36,308 nucleotides of DNA from Armatimonadota bacterium (GTDB lineage Bacteria > Armatimonadota > Armatimonadia > Armatimonadales > Armatimonadaceae), in assembly GCA_043754515.1 (NCBI GenBank), contig JAYUUO010000157.1, positions 1 through 36,308 on the forward strand. Reading direction: 5' to 3'. A model generated the notes under the pieces. That model was not told the DNA's origin, did no database searches, and saw only the letters and a list, made by a program, of their open reading frames with translations. A program made the position numbers and the translations under genes. Shown in pieces: positions 1 to 8,982 of the stretch. Within the stretch, counting starts at the first letter, position 1. Each line of letters opens with the position of its first letter.

Positions 1-20
1 TTCTCCCAGGACTCCCGTAG

Positions 21-196
21 CTCCCTCCCCCGGGTACCCTCTGGGTGCCCCTCCCTCATCGGAATGAGAGAGGGGGAACTCGGCGGGTACGAAGTCCGAC
101 GGCTTCGCGGTTCGCCCAACGATTCTGCACTTGACGGGTTCCCCCTCTCTTATTCCGATGAGGGAGGGGCACCCAGAGGGTACCCGGGAGAGGGAG
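21..196. repeat. Long inverted repeat (59-bp arms, 2 mismatches), REP/REPIN-like, downstream of namZ
   Basis: 21-79 is the reverse complement of 138-196 except at 2 positions. Related GAGGGGCCGGGG-type motifs follow at ~205-243. Confidence 0.85.
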
Positions 197-293
197 TGAC
201 AGGTAGGGGCCGGGGGGAGCGGCGAGGCGAGGGGCCGGGGGCCAAGGCGAGGCGAGGGAGGGAGACTCACACGGCAGGGCCAGAGATCACTCA

Positions 294-1460
294 TTACTCG
301 TAGAGCAGAAACTCCTTACGCGCCGCGATAAACCCTTTCAGATCCGGTTGCCAGCGTCGCGCAAGCTGTGTGTAATCCTCGCCCGCGAGCAAACCGTCCA
401 TTACGGAGCGGTTGGCGAGTAGGGTCATATACTTCGACGCTTGCCACTCCTCTGGGTACAGGGCGCGTAGGCTCATCACGATCTCCAGACCCGCCCGCAC
501 CGGCGGGAACTTGACCCGGTCGGTGACGAGCAGTTGAACGCCGCCACAATTCTCGCCCGCGAACACCGAGGCGCGCGGCGTGAATCGCACCGGCACGAAG
601 CGGACGCCGGGGAGGTTCCGTGCGTTCAGCGAGTACGCGAGGGCGCGTTCGTTGATCCACGGCGCGCCGAACTTCTCGAACGGCGTGTCCGTCCCGCGCC
701 CCACCGAGACGTTCGTGAACTCCAGCAAGCCGACGCCGGGGTACACGGTCGCCTGCGCCAGCGAGCGCATGTTCGGCGAGGGATCAATCCACGTCAGCCC
801 GGTCGCATCCCACCAGTCACCGCGCTTCCAGCCCTCGCATTTGACCACAATCACCCGCGCCTTGAAGTCGCGCTCGGCGTTGATCAGGAGGGCGAGTTCG
901 CCGATTGTCATGCCGTGCCGCACCGGGATCGGGTGAAAGGCGGTGAAGGATAGGCGGGTGTCGTCGGAGAGCGGCCCCTCGACGAGCAGCCCGCCGATGG
1001 GGTTCGGGCGGTCACAGACCACGACGCGCAGATCCCGTCTCCCGGCGGCGAGCAGGCAGTGCCCGAGCGTGGAAAGGTACGTATAGAAACGGGTGCCGAC
1101 GTCCTGAATGTCGAATACCAGCGTATCTATCCCGGCGAGCATTTCGGGCGTCGGCTCCTGACGCGGGCCGTAGAGCGAGAACACGGGCAGCCCCGTCCTC
1201 TCGTCCGCGCCGTCCGGGATCAACGCGTCGTCCGCGCCACGGATGCCATGCTCCGGCCCGAACAGCACGCGCAGGCTAACGCCTGGCGCGGCGTGGAGCG
1301 CGTCGGCAGTGGCGGTTCGTCCGTCACGTAGTAGCCCGGTGTGGTTCGTGATCAGCCCGACGTTCGCGCCCGAAATCGGCGCGAAGCCGTCGCGGGCGAG
1401 GACGTCAGCGCCGGTCATAACGGAGGGCAGTTCGGTCTCGATAGGAAAGTCGCTAGACAT
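294..1460 (-). CDS. namZ: Exo-beta-N-acetylmuramidase NamZ family (DUF1343)
   Basis: Motifs VGLITNHTG, LFGPEHGIRG, FDIQDVGTRFYTY, DRPNPIGG, PSPNM, SVGRGTDTPFE. Start taken at ATG 1460 (MSSDF); the longer 1817 start looks like a spurious extension. Confidence 0.9.
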   Translation of the reverse strand: MSSDFPIETELPSVMTGADVLARDGFAPISGANVGLITNHTGLLRDGRTATADALHAAPGVSLRVLFGPEHGIRGADDALIPDGADERTGLPVFSLYGPRQEPTPEMLAGIDTLVFDIQDVGTRFYTYLSTLGHCLLAAGRRDLRVVVCDRPNPIGGLLVEGPLSDDTRLSFTAFHPIPVRHGMTIGELALLINAERDFKARVIVVKCEGWKRGDWWDATGLTWIDPSPNMRSLAQATVYPGVGLLEFTNVSVGRGTDTPFEKFGAPWINERALAYSLNARNLPGVRFVPVRFTPRASVFAGENCGGVQLLVTDRVKFPPVRAGLEIVMSLRALYPEEWQASKYMTLLANRSVMDGLLAGEDYTQLARRWQPDLKGFIAARKEFLLYE

Positions 1461-1611
1461 GTTGTGCGCTCTGTTATACCGCGCCGCCCCGTGTTTTAGT
1501 TGAGCGGGGTCGTTTGTGATGCACGGTGCGATGGGTAATTTCGGATGACGCGCCGGAAACAATGTAACCGGGGCGACCACACCGAGACGACATAACCAGG
1601 GAACAACGACA

Positions 1612-1900
1612 ATGGCAATGACTGTAGTGGGGCCTTGCGATGACGCGAGTGACGCGTAGGCAGCGGAGCGGGACCTCGGAGCCGCGGGGTTCAAGAGCAG
1701 CGAATTGAAGACGATGCACGGCAACGCGGCGAATATACAGGGCGAACTCGGCAACCATGGCGTCCCTGACACCGACATCCTGAAGGCAGCACCGAGCAAA
1801 GATGACCTGAAAACCACCTACGGGGTCGCGAGCGATCTGCCGTCGCAGTACGCCGACAACGTATACCTGCACGCAACCATCGCGCAGGTATACGTTGTCG
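1612..1900 (+). pseudogene. Degraded general stress protein (YflT/17M-like N-terminus), in-frame stop at 1657
   Basis: AGGGA RBS, then MAMTVVGPCDDASDA*AAERDLGAAGFKSSEL…LGNHGVPDTD, resembling the 'TVVGLFD…A..A.RDL..AGF…L…GVP' pattern. The 3' end is approximate. Confidence 0.5.
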
Positions 1901-2057
1901 GTTCGGGCGGCTCCCCGACGCTAACAAACGCGTCGGGAGGCCGTCCTCATTACATAGACAGGCGTCGCATTGGCATTGCGCGCGCTGGTTTGAGCGGCGG
2001 GCGTCGGTGGTACAACGGGGGTACCGCGCCGTAACCGCGCCCCCTAAGGAGTACCTA

Positions 2058-3164
2058 ATGCCCACCTCTCGACGCACTTTTCTGCAGGACGGTATCGCCG
2101 TGACCGGTGCCGCCGCGGGATTGACCTCGCTCACCGGATCCGTCGCCGCTTCCCCAGAGCGGACACCGCCCGCTTCCCCTGCTCCCAAATCGCCCACCGA
2201 CGCGCCGGGCACGGTAACCCTGTTCCCAACCCCGGACACGGTTCGCAAGGGCGACATGCTCTACCGAGTACTAGGGCGAACGGGAGAACAGGTTTCGCTG
2301 ATCGGCCTGGGCGGCTATCACATCGGTAAGCAAGATACGGACGCCGAGAGTATCCGAATCATCCACGCCGCCATTGATCGTGGGATTACCTTTATGGATA
2401 ACTGCTGGGACTACAACAATGGCAACAGCGAAGTCCGGATGGGCAAGGCTCTGAAGGATGGCTATCGGGCGAAGGTCTTCCTGATGACGAAGATTGACGG
2501 TCGTACCAGCGCGTCCGCGACCCAGCAACTGAACCAGTCGCTTGAGCGGCTACAAACCGACCATGTAGATATCGTGCAGTTCCACGAGATCCTGCGCATG
2601 GAGGACCCCGACCGCGTGTTCGCGAAGGGCGGCGCACTGGAGGCGGTGCTTGCGGCGAAGAAGGCCGGGAAGGTGCGCTACATCGGATTTACCGGTCACA
2701 AGGACCCCATTATCCACCTTCGGATGCTGGAGGTGGCGGACCGGAACGGCTTCCACTTCGACGCGGTACAGATGCCGCTGAATATCATGGATGCCCACTT
2801 TCGCAGTTTCCAGGAGGGCGTGATCCCGGTGCTGTTGCAGAAACAGATCGGCATCCTGGGGATGAAAACGTTCGGCGACCACTTCATCCTCGACCACGTG
2901 CTCGCGAACAAGCTTACAACGCCGATTGAGATGTTGCACTACTCGATGTCGCTCCCGACTTCGGTCGTGATCACGGGGATTGACCGGATGGAGATATTGG
3001 ATCAGGCGGTGGAAGCCGCGAAAACGTTCAAGCCGATGACGGCCGGGCAGGTGGCGTCTCTACTAGCGCGGACGAAAGTCGCCGCGTCTGCGGGCGAGTA
3101 CGAGTTGTTCAAGACCACGCCGCGCTTCGACGGGACGGCGCGTAACCCGGAGTGGCTGGGATAG
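2058..3164 (+). CDS. Aldo/keto reductase with twin-arginine (Tat) signal peptide
   Basis: AAGGAG RBS; SRRTFL Tat motif; YRVLGRTGEQVSLIGLGG, DNCWDY, FLMTK, SLERLQTDHVD, GKVRYIGFTGH. Confidence 0.9.
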   Translation: MPTSRRTFLQDGIAVTGAAAGLTSLTGSVAASPERTPPASPAPKSPTDAPGTVTLFPTPDTVRKGDMLYRVLGRTGEQVSLIGLGGYHIGKQDTDAESIRIIHAAIDRGITFMDNCWDYNNGNSEVRMGKALKDGYRAKVFLMTKIDGRTSASATQQLNQSLERLQTDHVDIVQFHEILRMEDPDRVFAKGGALEAVLAAKKAGKVRYIGFTGHKDPIIHLRMLEVADRNGFHFDAVQMPLNIMDAHFRSFQEGVIPVLLQKQIGILGMKTFGDHFILDHVLANKLTTPIEMLHYSMSLPTSVVITGIDRMEILDQAVEAAKTFKPMTAGQVASLLARTKVAASAGEYELFKTTPRFDGTARNPEWLG

Positions 3165-3366
3165 AGGGAGCGTCATCGATCCGCACCGCCGCCTGCCTAT
3201 GTGGGGCGTGCGTATGACGAGGTGACAGAGGTCGTGAATTGCAGTAGGTTCCTAGCCGGGGCGCGTCGGGGCGGGAACGGCCCGCCGTCCGTCGCGAACA
3301 ACGAAACGATGATGCGATCACCCTACCACCTCCGACGATTAGCGACGCTCTATGTCCGGCGTGTGA

Positions 3367-4446
3367 TTACAAATTAACCGCGAAGCCCGAACGTGCTGAC
3401 CGGTACATCGCCTCGATCAGTTGGATCGGGCGTCGCCCCTCGTGTCCGGGGATCGCCGGTTGCATCCCCGTACGTATCGCGCGAATGAAGTCCTCAATCT
3501 GTGCGCGGTGCGAGTCGCCCCATTCCGGCTCCGCCCGCGCCGCCATCGTGCCGCCTTTCGCCACCATGTCGGCGTGAGGCGCGGCATCCTCGCCGCCCTC
3601 TCGGACGCCGGATCGCGTGCGTAGCTCCTTTAATCGGTCACCCTCTATGATCGCCGTGCCTTCTGTTCCGAAGATCTCGATTCGCGCCGGGAATCCGTCG
3701 TACGCCGCAGTGGTCGCGGACAGGGTTCCGAGCGCGCCGCTCTCGAACCGGAGCGACGCGGCTAAGACGTCCTCGACCTCGATCCGCGCGTGCGCCGCCC
3801 CGACGCTGTAGAGCGCGGAAACGGTGGACACGTCTCCCGCGAGATACAGCAGAACATCCACGGTGTGTATACCCTGGTTCATCGTCGCCCCGCCGCCGTC
3901 CATCGTCCAGGTCCCGCGCCAGTCGCCGGAGTCGTAGTACGCCTGGGTCCGGTACCAGGGCACGGCGGCGTTCGCGAGCACAATCCGCCCCAGCATGCCC
4001 GCGTCAATCGCCGCCCTTACCGCCCGCGTTGCCGGGTCGAAGCGGTGCTGGCTGACGATTGACAGCACCTTGCCGGTCGCGGCCTCGGCGGCGATGGCGG
4101 CGTCGCACATGGCGACGGAAACGTCCATCGGCTTCTCCGACAGCACGTGCTTCCCGGCGTGCATCGCCGCGATAGCCGTGGTCATGTGCAAGCCGCTCGG
4201 TGTGCAGAGGCAAACCGCGTCAACCTCCGGGTCACGCAACACCTCGGCCTCGTTCGTATATACTTTCGCCACTCCGAACGATTCGGCGAGTGACAGGGCG
4301 CGTTCGGCGACCGGATCGCACACAGCGATTAACTCGGCACCGCCCCCGCTCGCGGCGATCTCCTGGATCGCTTTCGCGTGCGTGGGCGCGATGGTGCCGC
4401 ATCCGATGATGGCGAACCGAACGGGCGCGGAAGGCGTCGTTGTCAT
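3367..4446 (-). CDS. Gfo/Idh/MocA family oxidoreductase
   Basis: IIGCGTIA Rossmann motif, LCTPSGLH, HVLSEKPM, WRGTWTMDGGGATMNQGIH. Start ATG 4446 lies 6 nt after an extended -10 (TGCTACAAT). Confidence 0.92.
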   Translation of the reverse strand: MTTTPSAPVRFAIIGCGTIAPTHAKAIQEIAASGGGAELIAVCDPVAERALSLAESFGVAKVYTNEAEVLRDPEVDAVCLCTPSGLHMTTAIAAMHAGKHVLSEKPMDVSVAMCDAAIAAEAATGKVLSIVSQHRFDPATRAVRAAIDAGMLGRIVLANAAVPWYRTQAYYDSGDWRGTWTMDGGGATMNQGIHTVDVLLYLAGDVSTVSALYSVGAAHARIEVEDVLAASLRFESGALGTLSATTAAYDGFPARIEIFGTEGTAIIEGDRLKELRTRSGVREGGEDAAPHADMVAKGGTMAARAEPEWGDSHRAQIEDFIRAIRTGMQPAIPGHEGRRPIQLIEAMYRSARSGFAVNL

Positions 4447-4591
4447 AGCGCGATTGTAGCACGCGAGGGCGGGGCGTGCCTTCATGTGGAGAGCGAAACG
4501 CGACCCGGTGGCGATCGCGTTTCGGCCTTCGGTGGCACACTCTATAGGCGCGGTCGAAGCAAGCCCCGCGCCCGACGGAAGGTGACTGCTC

Positions 4592-5170
4592 ATGTCCGAA
4601 CGTTTTCTGTTCGCTCGATTCCTGGTCGCGGTACTTCTCAGTATCGGCGTTTGTACCGCCGTTTTTACACCCACGCCCCCGGCGGCAGTGGTGAAAGAAT
4701 ATCCGATCGCGAAAGGCGGTTGGCACGACGATTTCCGACAGGAGCACATGCCCGAGAACCTGTTCGCGTCGCGCCTGCGCATCCATCAGGGAACGTTCAT
4801 GATGTATGGCTCCGAACATGGCAAGCGCACAGGGCCGTCCCCGATACAGGTCGCGTTTGTCACGAATGTGTCCTCCCGCCCGCTCTATTATGCCGCTTAC
4901 AATGGCGGAGTTACCAACGAGTCACCGGGAAGTCTATTCGACTACACGGAAGAGTTGCGGGGCGGGGTTTGGGGCGTGGGGGGTGAATGTTCCTGTGGAG
5001 ACGGCTTAGACGAATATGAGCTCAAGCCGGGCCAGACCGTCACGTTCCGCTCCCACCAGTGGAAGGGTTCACGACTCCGCCAACGCCAGTGGATGGAGTT
5101 TTGGGACCTCTCGTCCACAAAGCAAGTATCCTCGTTGACTATGGTATTCGACACCGGCATTAAGCGATGA
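4592..5170 (+). CDS. Secreted/membrane-anchored hypothetical protein, paralog of 5383-5961
   Basis: N-terminal hydrophobic segment; shares FASRLR, VTNxS, DYTEELRGG, CGxG.(D/E)EYEL..GQ and WM.F.DL with the next ORF. Confidence 0.75.
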   Translation: MSERFLFARFLVAVLLSIGVCTAVFTPTPPAAVVKEYPIAKGGWHDDFRQEHMPENLFASRLRIHQGTFMMYGSEHGKRTGPSPIQVAFVTNVSSRPLYYAAYNGGVTNESPGSLFDYTEELRGGVWGVGGECSCGDGLDEYELKPGQTVTFRSHQWKGSRLRQRQWMEFWDLSSTKQVSSLTMVFDTGIKR

Positions 5171-5382
5171 GCGGGTCGTGGGACGGTCGTCGGTTAGACC
5201 CGAAGGGCGTGGGGTGGAAAGTAACTAGGCAGTCACTATGGGCATGAGATCGTAGCCTACTGGAACCGATTAGAACGTAATTGAGAATTCTGTTGAGGGC
5301 ACTCTGGCGAACGCTCGCGTGAAGGTCCGACTACGAAGCGGGGACTAAGGAAGCGTTCCACACCCAGAAAGGAGCGCTATCC

Positions 5383-5961
5383 GTGTCCGGAAGATCCATC
5401 CATATTCCTTTCGCATCCGCCGCTTGCGTAGGCATTTTCGCCTTGTCGGCGACCGGTGTGTTCGCACAAGAGGGGCGTCAGCCCGACTATGACACCCCCT
5501 TATGTCGCCTGTTTCGGAGTCGCGGCGTCGGCATTAACACGTTCGCGTCGCGCCTTCGTATGCGGCGCGAGACCGTGGAGGCCGTTTCGCCCGACGGGAA
5601 GCGCGCCACAACCGATCAACCCGTCGTTGTTGTGACGAATCTATCCCGCGCCTCGCTCTTCTACGGCATGTACTCCGGCAACACCGGGGACGTGCTGAAC
5701 TCACTCGACTACACGGAGGAGTTGCGAGGCGGGAAATGGGTGCCAACTATGCGGGGTTATTGCGGCACCGGTATTGAGGAGTACGAACTGAGGGCGGGGC
5801 AGTCCGCGCGCTTCTATTGTCCACTGCCCGCTACGGGACAAGAGGCTCCGCGACGCCGCTGGATGGTGTTCTACGACCTTCCACATCACAGTAAGGTTGG
5901 CCAGAAATCGGTAGCCCTTACACTGCTTCGCGGCGCGGGCGAGTCAATGGACGTGCCGTAG
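5383..5961 (+). CDS. Secreted hypothetical protein, paralog of 4592-5170
   Basis: AAAGGAG RBS before GTG; signal peptide ending VFA-Q; motifs shared with the upstream ORF. Confidence 0.75.
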   Translation: MSGRSIHIPFASAACVGIFALSATGVFAQEGRQPDYDTPLCRLFRSRGVGINTFASRLRMRRETVEAVSPDGKRATTDQPVVVVTNLSRASLFYGMYSGNTGDVLNSLDYTEELRGGKWVPTMRGYCGTGIEEYELRAGQSARFYCPLPATGQEAPRRRWMVFYDLPHHSKVGQKSVALTLLRGAGESMDVP

Positions 5962-6045
5962 GATGATCACCTCCCCATGTGCCCGCTGTTCCACTGTGGT
6001 AAGGACAAGAATCAAAAATTCGCTCATGATGGCCTGACGAGTCGG

Positions 6046-6246
6046 CTACTGCGCCATGTACTCGACCCGGCAGTACTCTGTCTTCAAATGGTCGAAGTCT
6101 TTGTCCGTTGTGATTAGCGTCAGTTGGTAAACATACGCCGTCGCCGCGATCCACAAATCGTTTATGAGCAACGTGTTCCTCGGGCCACCGCGCACAAGTA
6201 GCAACAGGATGTTTGTGTCGAGGAGGTATCGGTCTGTTTCTACCAA
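6046..6246 (-). pseudogene. vapC: VapC/PIN-domain toxin with large internal deletion
   Basis: YLLDTNIL (PIN N-terminus) is joined almost directly to NDLWIAATA…LITTDKDFDHL (PIN C-terminus). Only 66 aa versus ~130 aa typical. Confidence 0.8.
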
Positions 6247-6286
6247 GAAGGCTATGCCCCCTTGGGGAGATAATCGCCGAGCGGTT

Positions 6287-6463
6287 TCACTTCGCCCGAC
6301 TCGATGAGCCGATCGAGTTCCGCCGAGCCATTGAAATCCGGATGGGCCGTACGGAGGCGGTGCGTAGCCTCAATCGTCCTTCCGGCGTAGTGCCGAATCG
6401 CTCGGCTTCGACGCGGACAGCGTTGTGAACCTCATCCGGTAATTCCAGGGTAATGGTCGTCAT
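6287..6463 (-). pseudogene. Probable antitoxin (RHH-like N-terminus), apparently frameshifted
   Basis: AAGGA RBS; MTTITLELPDEVHNAVRVEAERFGTTPE immediately upstream of the PIN gene; the 3' part reads better in another frame. Confidence 0.55.
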
Positions 6464-6683
6464 AGATAGTTCCTTAAGTGCTCACGGCGCAAACCGCCCA
6501 TACTCAGGCCCACGCTATGCGGTAGCCTATAATGTCTCGTAGAGAACGCCGCGCTGCTAGGCGGCTTCGGCGAGGGCATGTAAAGATTATAAGACTTGTT
6601 TCCCATCCCGTCAATACATAGAAGTGTGGGAGGCTCCTGATAGTGGAGGGGGTAGGATGGTGTGAAGCGAGCCGTCCGCAATG

Positions 6684-6827
6684 TTACGCATCCGGTGTCG
6701 CATCCGCATCCTCCGCCGCCGGGGCAACGCCTTTGAACGGCGGTTGTTCGGGCGATGGTTCTTCCGCGTGTTTTGCCACGCATAAGAGTGTAGATTTTAT
6801 CCGGTCGGCGGCACGATTTTCTTTCAC
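6684..6827 (-). CDS. Possible small acidic protein (47 aa)
   Basis: GGAGG followed closely by GTG; MKENRAADRIKSTLLCVAKHAEEPSPEQPPFKGVAPAAEDADATPDA; no recognisable homology. Confidence 0.25.
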   Translation of the reverse strand: MKENRAADRIKSTLLCVAKHAEEPSPEQPPFKGVAPAAEDADATPDA

Positions 6828-7142
6828 ACATCCTCCAAATCCGGCGTTTATAATGCGGTCACCCACCGGATGGTGGCAAATCGGTTCCGACACACGGGTG
6901 CGAGTCGTCGGCGCGGGGCAGGGTGTGACCGGATACCGCCTTATGTGGCCGTACCGCATCAGGTCTGTGGCAGTCGCGACTCCCGAAATGTCCGCTCGGC
7001 AAACAAATACTCAGACGAACAAGGCGCGTCGGGCGTACGTCAACAACACGGTTCGCGGAACGTGATCGCGCCGGCATTGATGCAAACCGATTGGACTTCG
7101 ACTTCGCGCGATACAGCGCGATAGAGAGAAACACAACATTTC

Positions 7143-8843
7143 ATGACACCACCAATTCGAGCTCTCAGAAGAGCCTCCGGCCTCACAATCGTGGGAATAA
7201 CGGGTATAGCCGCTATATTGGCCCTCGTCTCCGGTTGCGGGGGCGGCTCCTCGTCGCCGCCGGACGTCGCCGCCACCAACCCGCCGCCGAACAATAATCT
7301 CCCGCCGACCGGGACGGGGCCGGTCATTCCGCAACCGAACAACGACAGGAATAGCGCGCTCCTCGCCAGCGGCCAGTCCGCGCCCGCCTGGACCGTCTAC
7401 CATCCGACCGCGGCTCAGCCGACTAAGGCGTGGACAGTGCTCGTCTACATGAACGGCGCGAACGACCTCGGGTCGGGGGCGGGGAACTTCGACATCGGGA
7501 ACGTGCTCCAGATGGAACAGGTCGGCTCTAATAACAACCTCAACGTCGTCCTGCAATGGGAGGCGGAAGCCTTCCAGTACACGGGCGGCAACGGTGCCAC
7601 GGTGAAATCGAATCCGGCGTGGACGGGCACCCGCCGCTACTACATCACTAAAAACACCGGCGACAGCGACGCCAATATCCACTCCCCGGTGATTTCGCAG
7701 AACGACTACGTGGATACCGGCGACTGGCAGAGTTTGCATGATTTCGTCCAATGGGGCGCGCAGGCGTACCCGGCGCAACACTACTGTCTCGTCGTCTGGG
7801 ATCACGGGGCGGGGTGGCGGGCGCAGACACTCCAGATCACGAACCGGAAAATTCGGGTAAATGGGGTAATGCGGGCGGTTCGCTCGCGCGCCGCGTCGGG
7901 GACGATGGCGTCACGCGCCGTGCCGACACACCGTGGGGTGGCGTTCAACTACTCCACTGGGACGTTCATAGACACCGATCAGCTACCAGAAGCGATTAAT
8001 ATCGGTAATCTGGCGGCTCAGAAGTTCGACCTTTTGTCGTTCGACTGCTCCCTGGTACAGATGGTGGAGGTCGCCGAGGAGGTGTCCAATCCAGGCGGAG
8101 CGGCGCCGAACGGCTACATCCCGCCGACCTACATCGAGGGGTCCGAGGAAAGCCCGCCGGGAACGGGACTACCGTACGATTCTATTCTCGCTAACCTTGC
8201 GAATAACCCGTCGCAGGATCCGTTGTCTCTGGCGAAGAGTTTCTGCGACGAGACCATCAACCGCTATGGGATCGCTTCGAGTTCGACCCAATCCGTCGTC
8301 AGCACCGCGCGGATGGCCGGTCTTGTTAACTCTCTGGACACGCTGGGCAGAGCACTGACCAACGTCCAGGGGACGTGGGGGCCGGAAATCGCGCTCGCGC
8401 GGAGCAATGCCGAAACGTTCGCCACGGGCGAGGGGGGGGGCGTGGGCAACTGGTACCGGGATTACCATGATCTGTTGGACTTCACTAATCTTCTAAGCAC
8501 CCCGTTTAGCACGACGACCTTCGTCAACGACCCCGGTGTGCTAGACGCCTGTGACGCGGTGAAGGAGGCAGCGAACGGTGCGATAGTCTACAACCGGAAC
8601 GGGAACCAGCATCCCAACTCGAGCGGCTTATCCATTTGGATACCCAGTCCCGACGATTTCACGACGGCGGAGACGCAACAGAGCAACTTCTACGTCCCCA
8701 ACGCCACCGACGTCGGGCCGACGGATCAGTTGTACACGAACCTGTCTATCGCGTCGGCGGCCCCGAACTGGCTGAGTTTCCTACAGACCGGCCCGTCGCC
8801 CTACACGCCGACGAACTCTCCGGCCTCGCGCGGCTCGCAGTGA
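7143..8843 (+). CDS. Clostripain-family (peptidase C11-like) lipoprotein
   Basis: Lipobox LVSG-C; WTVLVYMNGANDL, MEQVGS, DFVQWGAQAYPAQHYCLVVWDHGAGW, FDCSLVQMVEVA, GSEESPPGTG, GLSIWIP. Confidence 0.88.
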   Translation: MTPPIRALRRASGLTIVGITGIAAILALVSGCGGGSSSPPDVAATNPPPNNNLPPTGTGPVIPQPNNDRNSALLASGQSAPAWTVYHPTAAQPTKAWTVLVYMNGANDLGSGAGNFDIGNVLQMEQVGSNNNLNVVLQWEAEAFQYTGGNGATVKSNPAWTGTRRYYITKNTGDSDANIHSPVISQNDYVDTGDWQSLHDFVQWGAQAYPAQHYCLVVWDHGAGWRAQTLQITNRKIRVNGVMRAVRSRAASGTMASRAVPTHRGVAFNYSTGTFIDTDQLPEAINIGNLAAQKFDLLSFDCSLVQMVEVAEEVSNPGGAAPNGYIPPTYIEGSEESPPGTGLPYDSILANLANNPSQDPLSLAKSFCDETINRYGIASSSTQSVVSTARMAGLVNSLDTLGRALTNVQGTWGPEIALARSNAETFATGEGGGVGNWYRDYHDLLDFTNLLSTPFSTTTFVNDPGVLDACDAVKEAANGAIVYNRNGNQHPNSSGLSIWIPSPDDFTTAETQQSNFYVPNATDVGPTDQLYTNLSIASAAPNWLSFLQTGPSPYTPTNSPASRGSQ

Positions 8844-8850
8844 TGCTTCT

Positions 8851-8914
8851 CGCCAACTACGCGGACTCCGTGCCGGGATCTAATCGTCCCGACACGGAGT
8901 CCGCGTAGTTGGCG
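8851..8914. repeat. 28-bp-arm hairpin (27/28 match, 8-nt loop); terminator or REP/MITE-like doublet
   Basis: 8851-8878 versus reverse complement of 8887-8914. Confidence 0.75.
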
Positions 8915-8947
8915 GGGCGGCGCACGCGGTTCGGCGCGAAATTAGGC

Positions 8948-8976
8948 TTGCTTTGTGTTTGCGTTTATGTTACACT
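8948..8976 (+). promoter_or_regulatory. Sigma70 promoter for a leaderless ARH transcript
   Basis: TTGCTT-N17-TACACT with TGn extension, 6 nt before ATG 8983; no SD. Confidence 0.65.
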
Positions 8977-8982
8977 AACGCT

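Noticed and set aside
64..303. 79-aa ORF and the many Arg/Pro-rich ORFs antisense to or overlapping real genes
   Set aside because: They lie in a repeat or are shadow frames of high-GC coding sequence, with no motifs or RBS.
5171..5382. Integron attC between the two paralogous orphan genes
   Set aside because: A GTTAGAC exists near 5193, but I found no matching RYYYAAC or paired L boxes, and there is no integron integrase.
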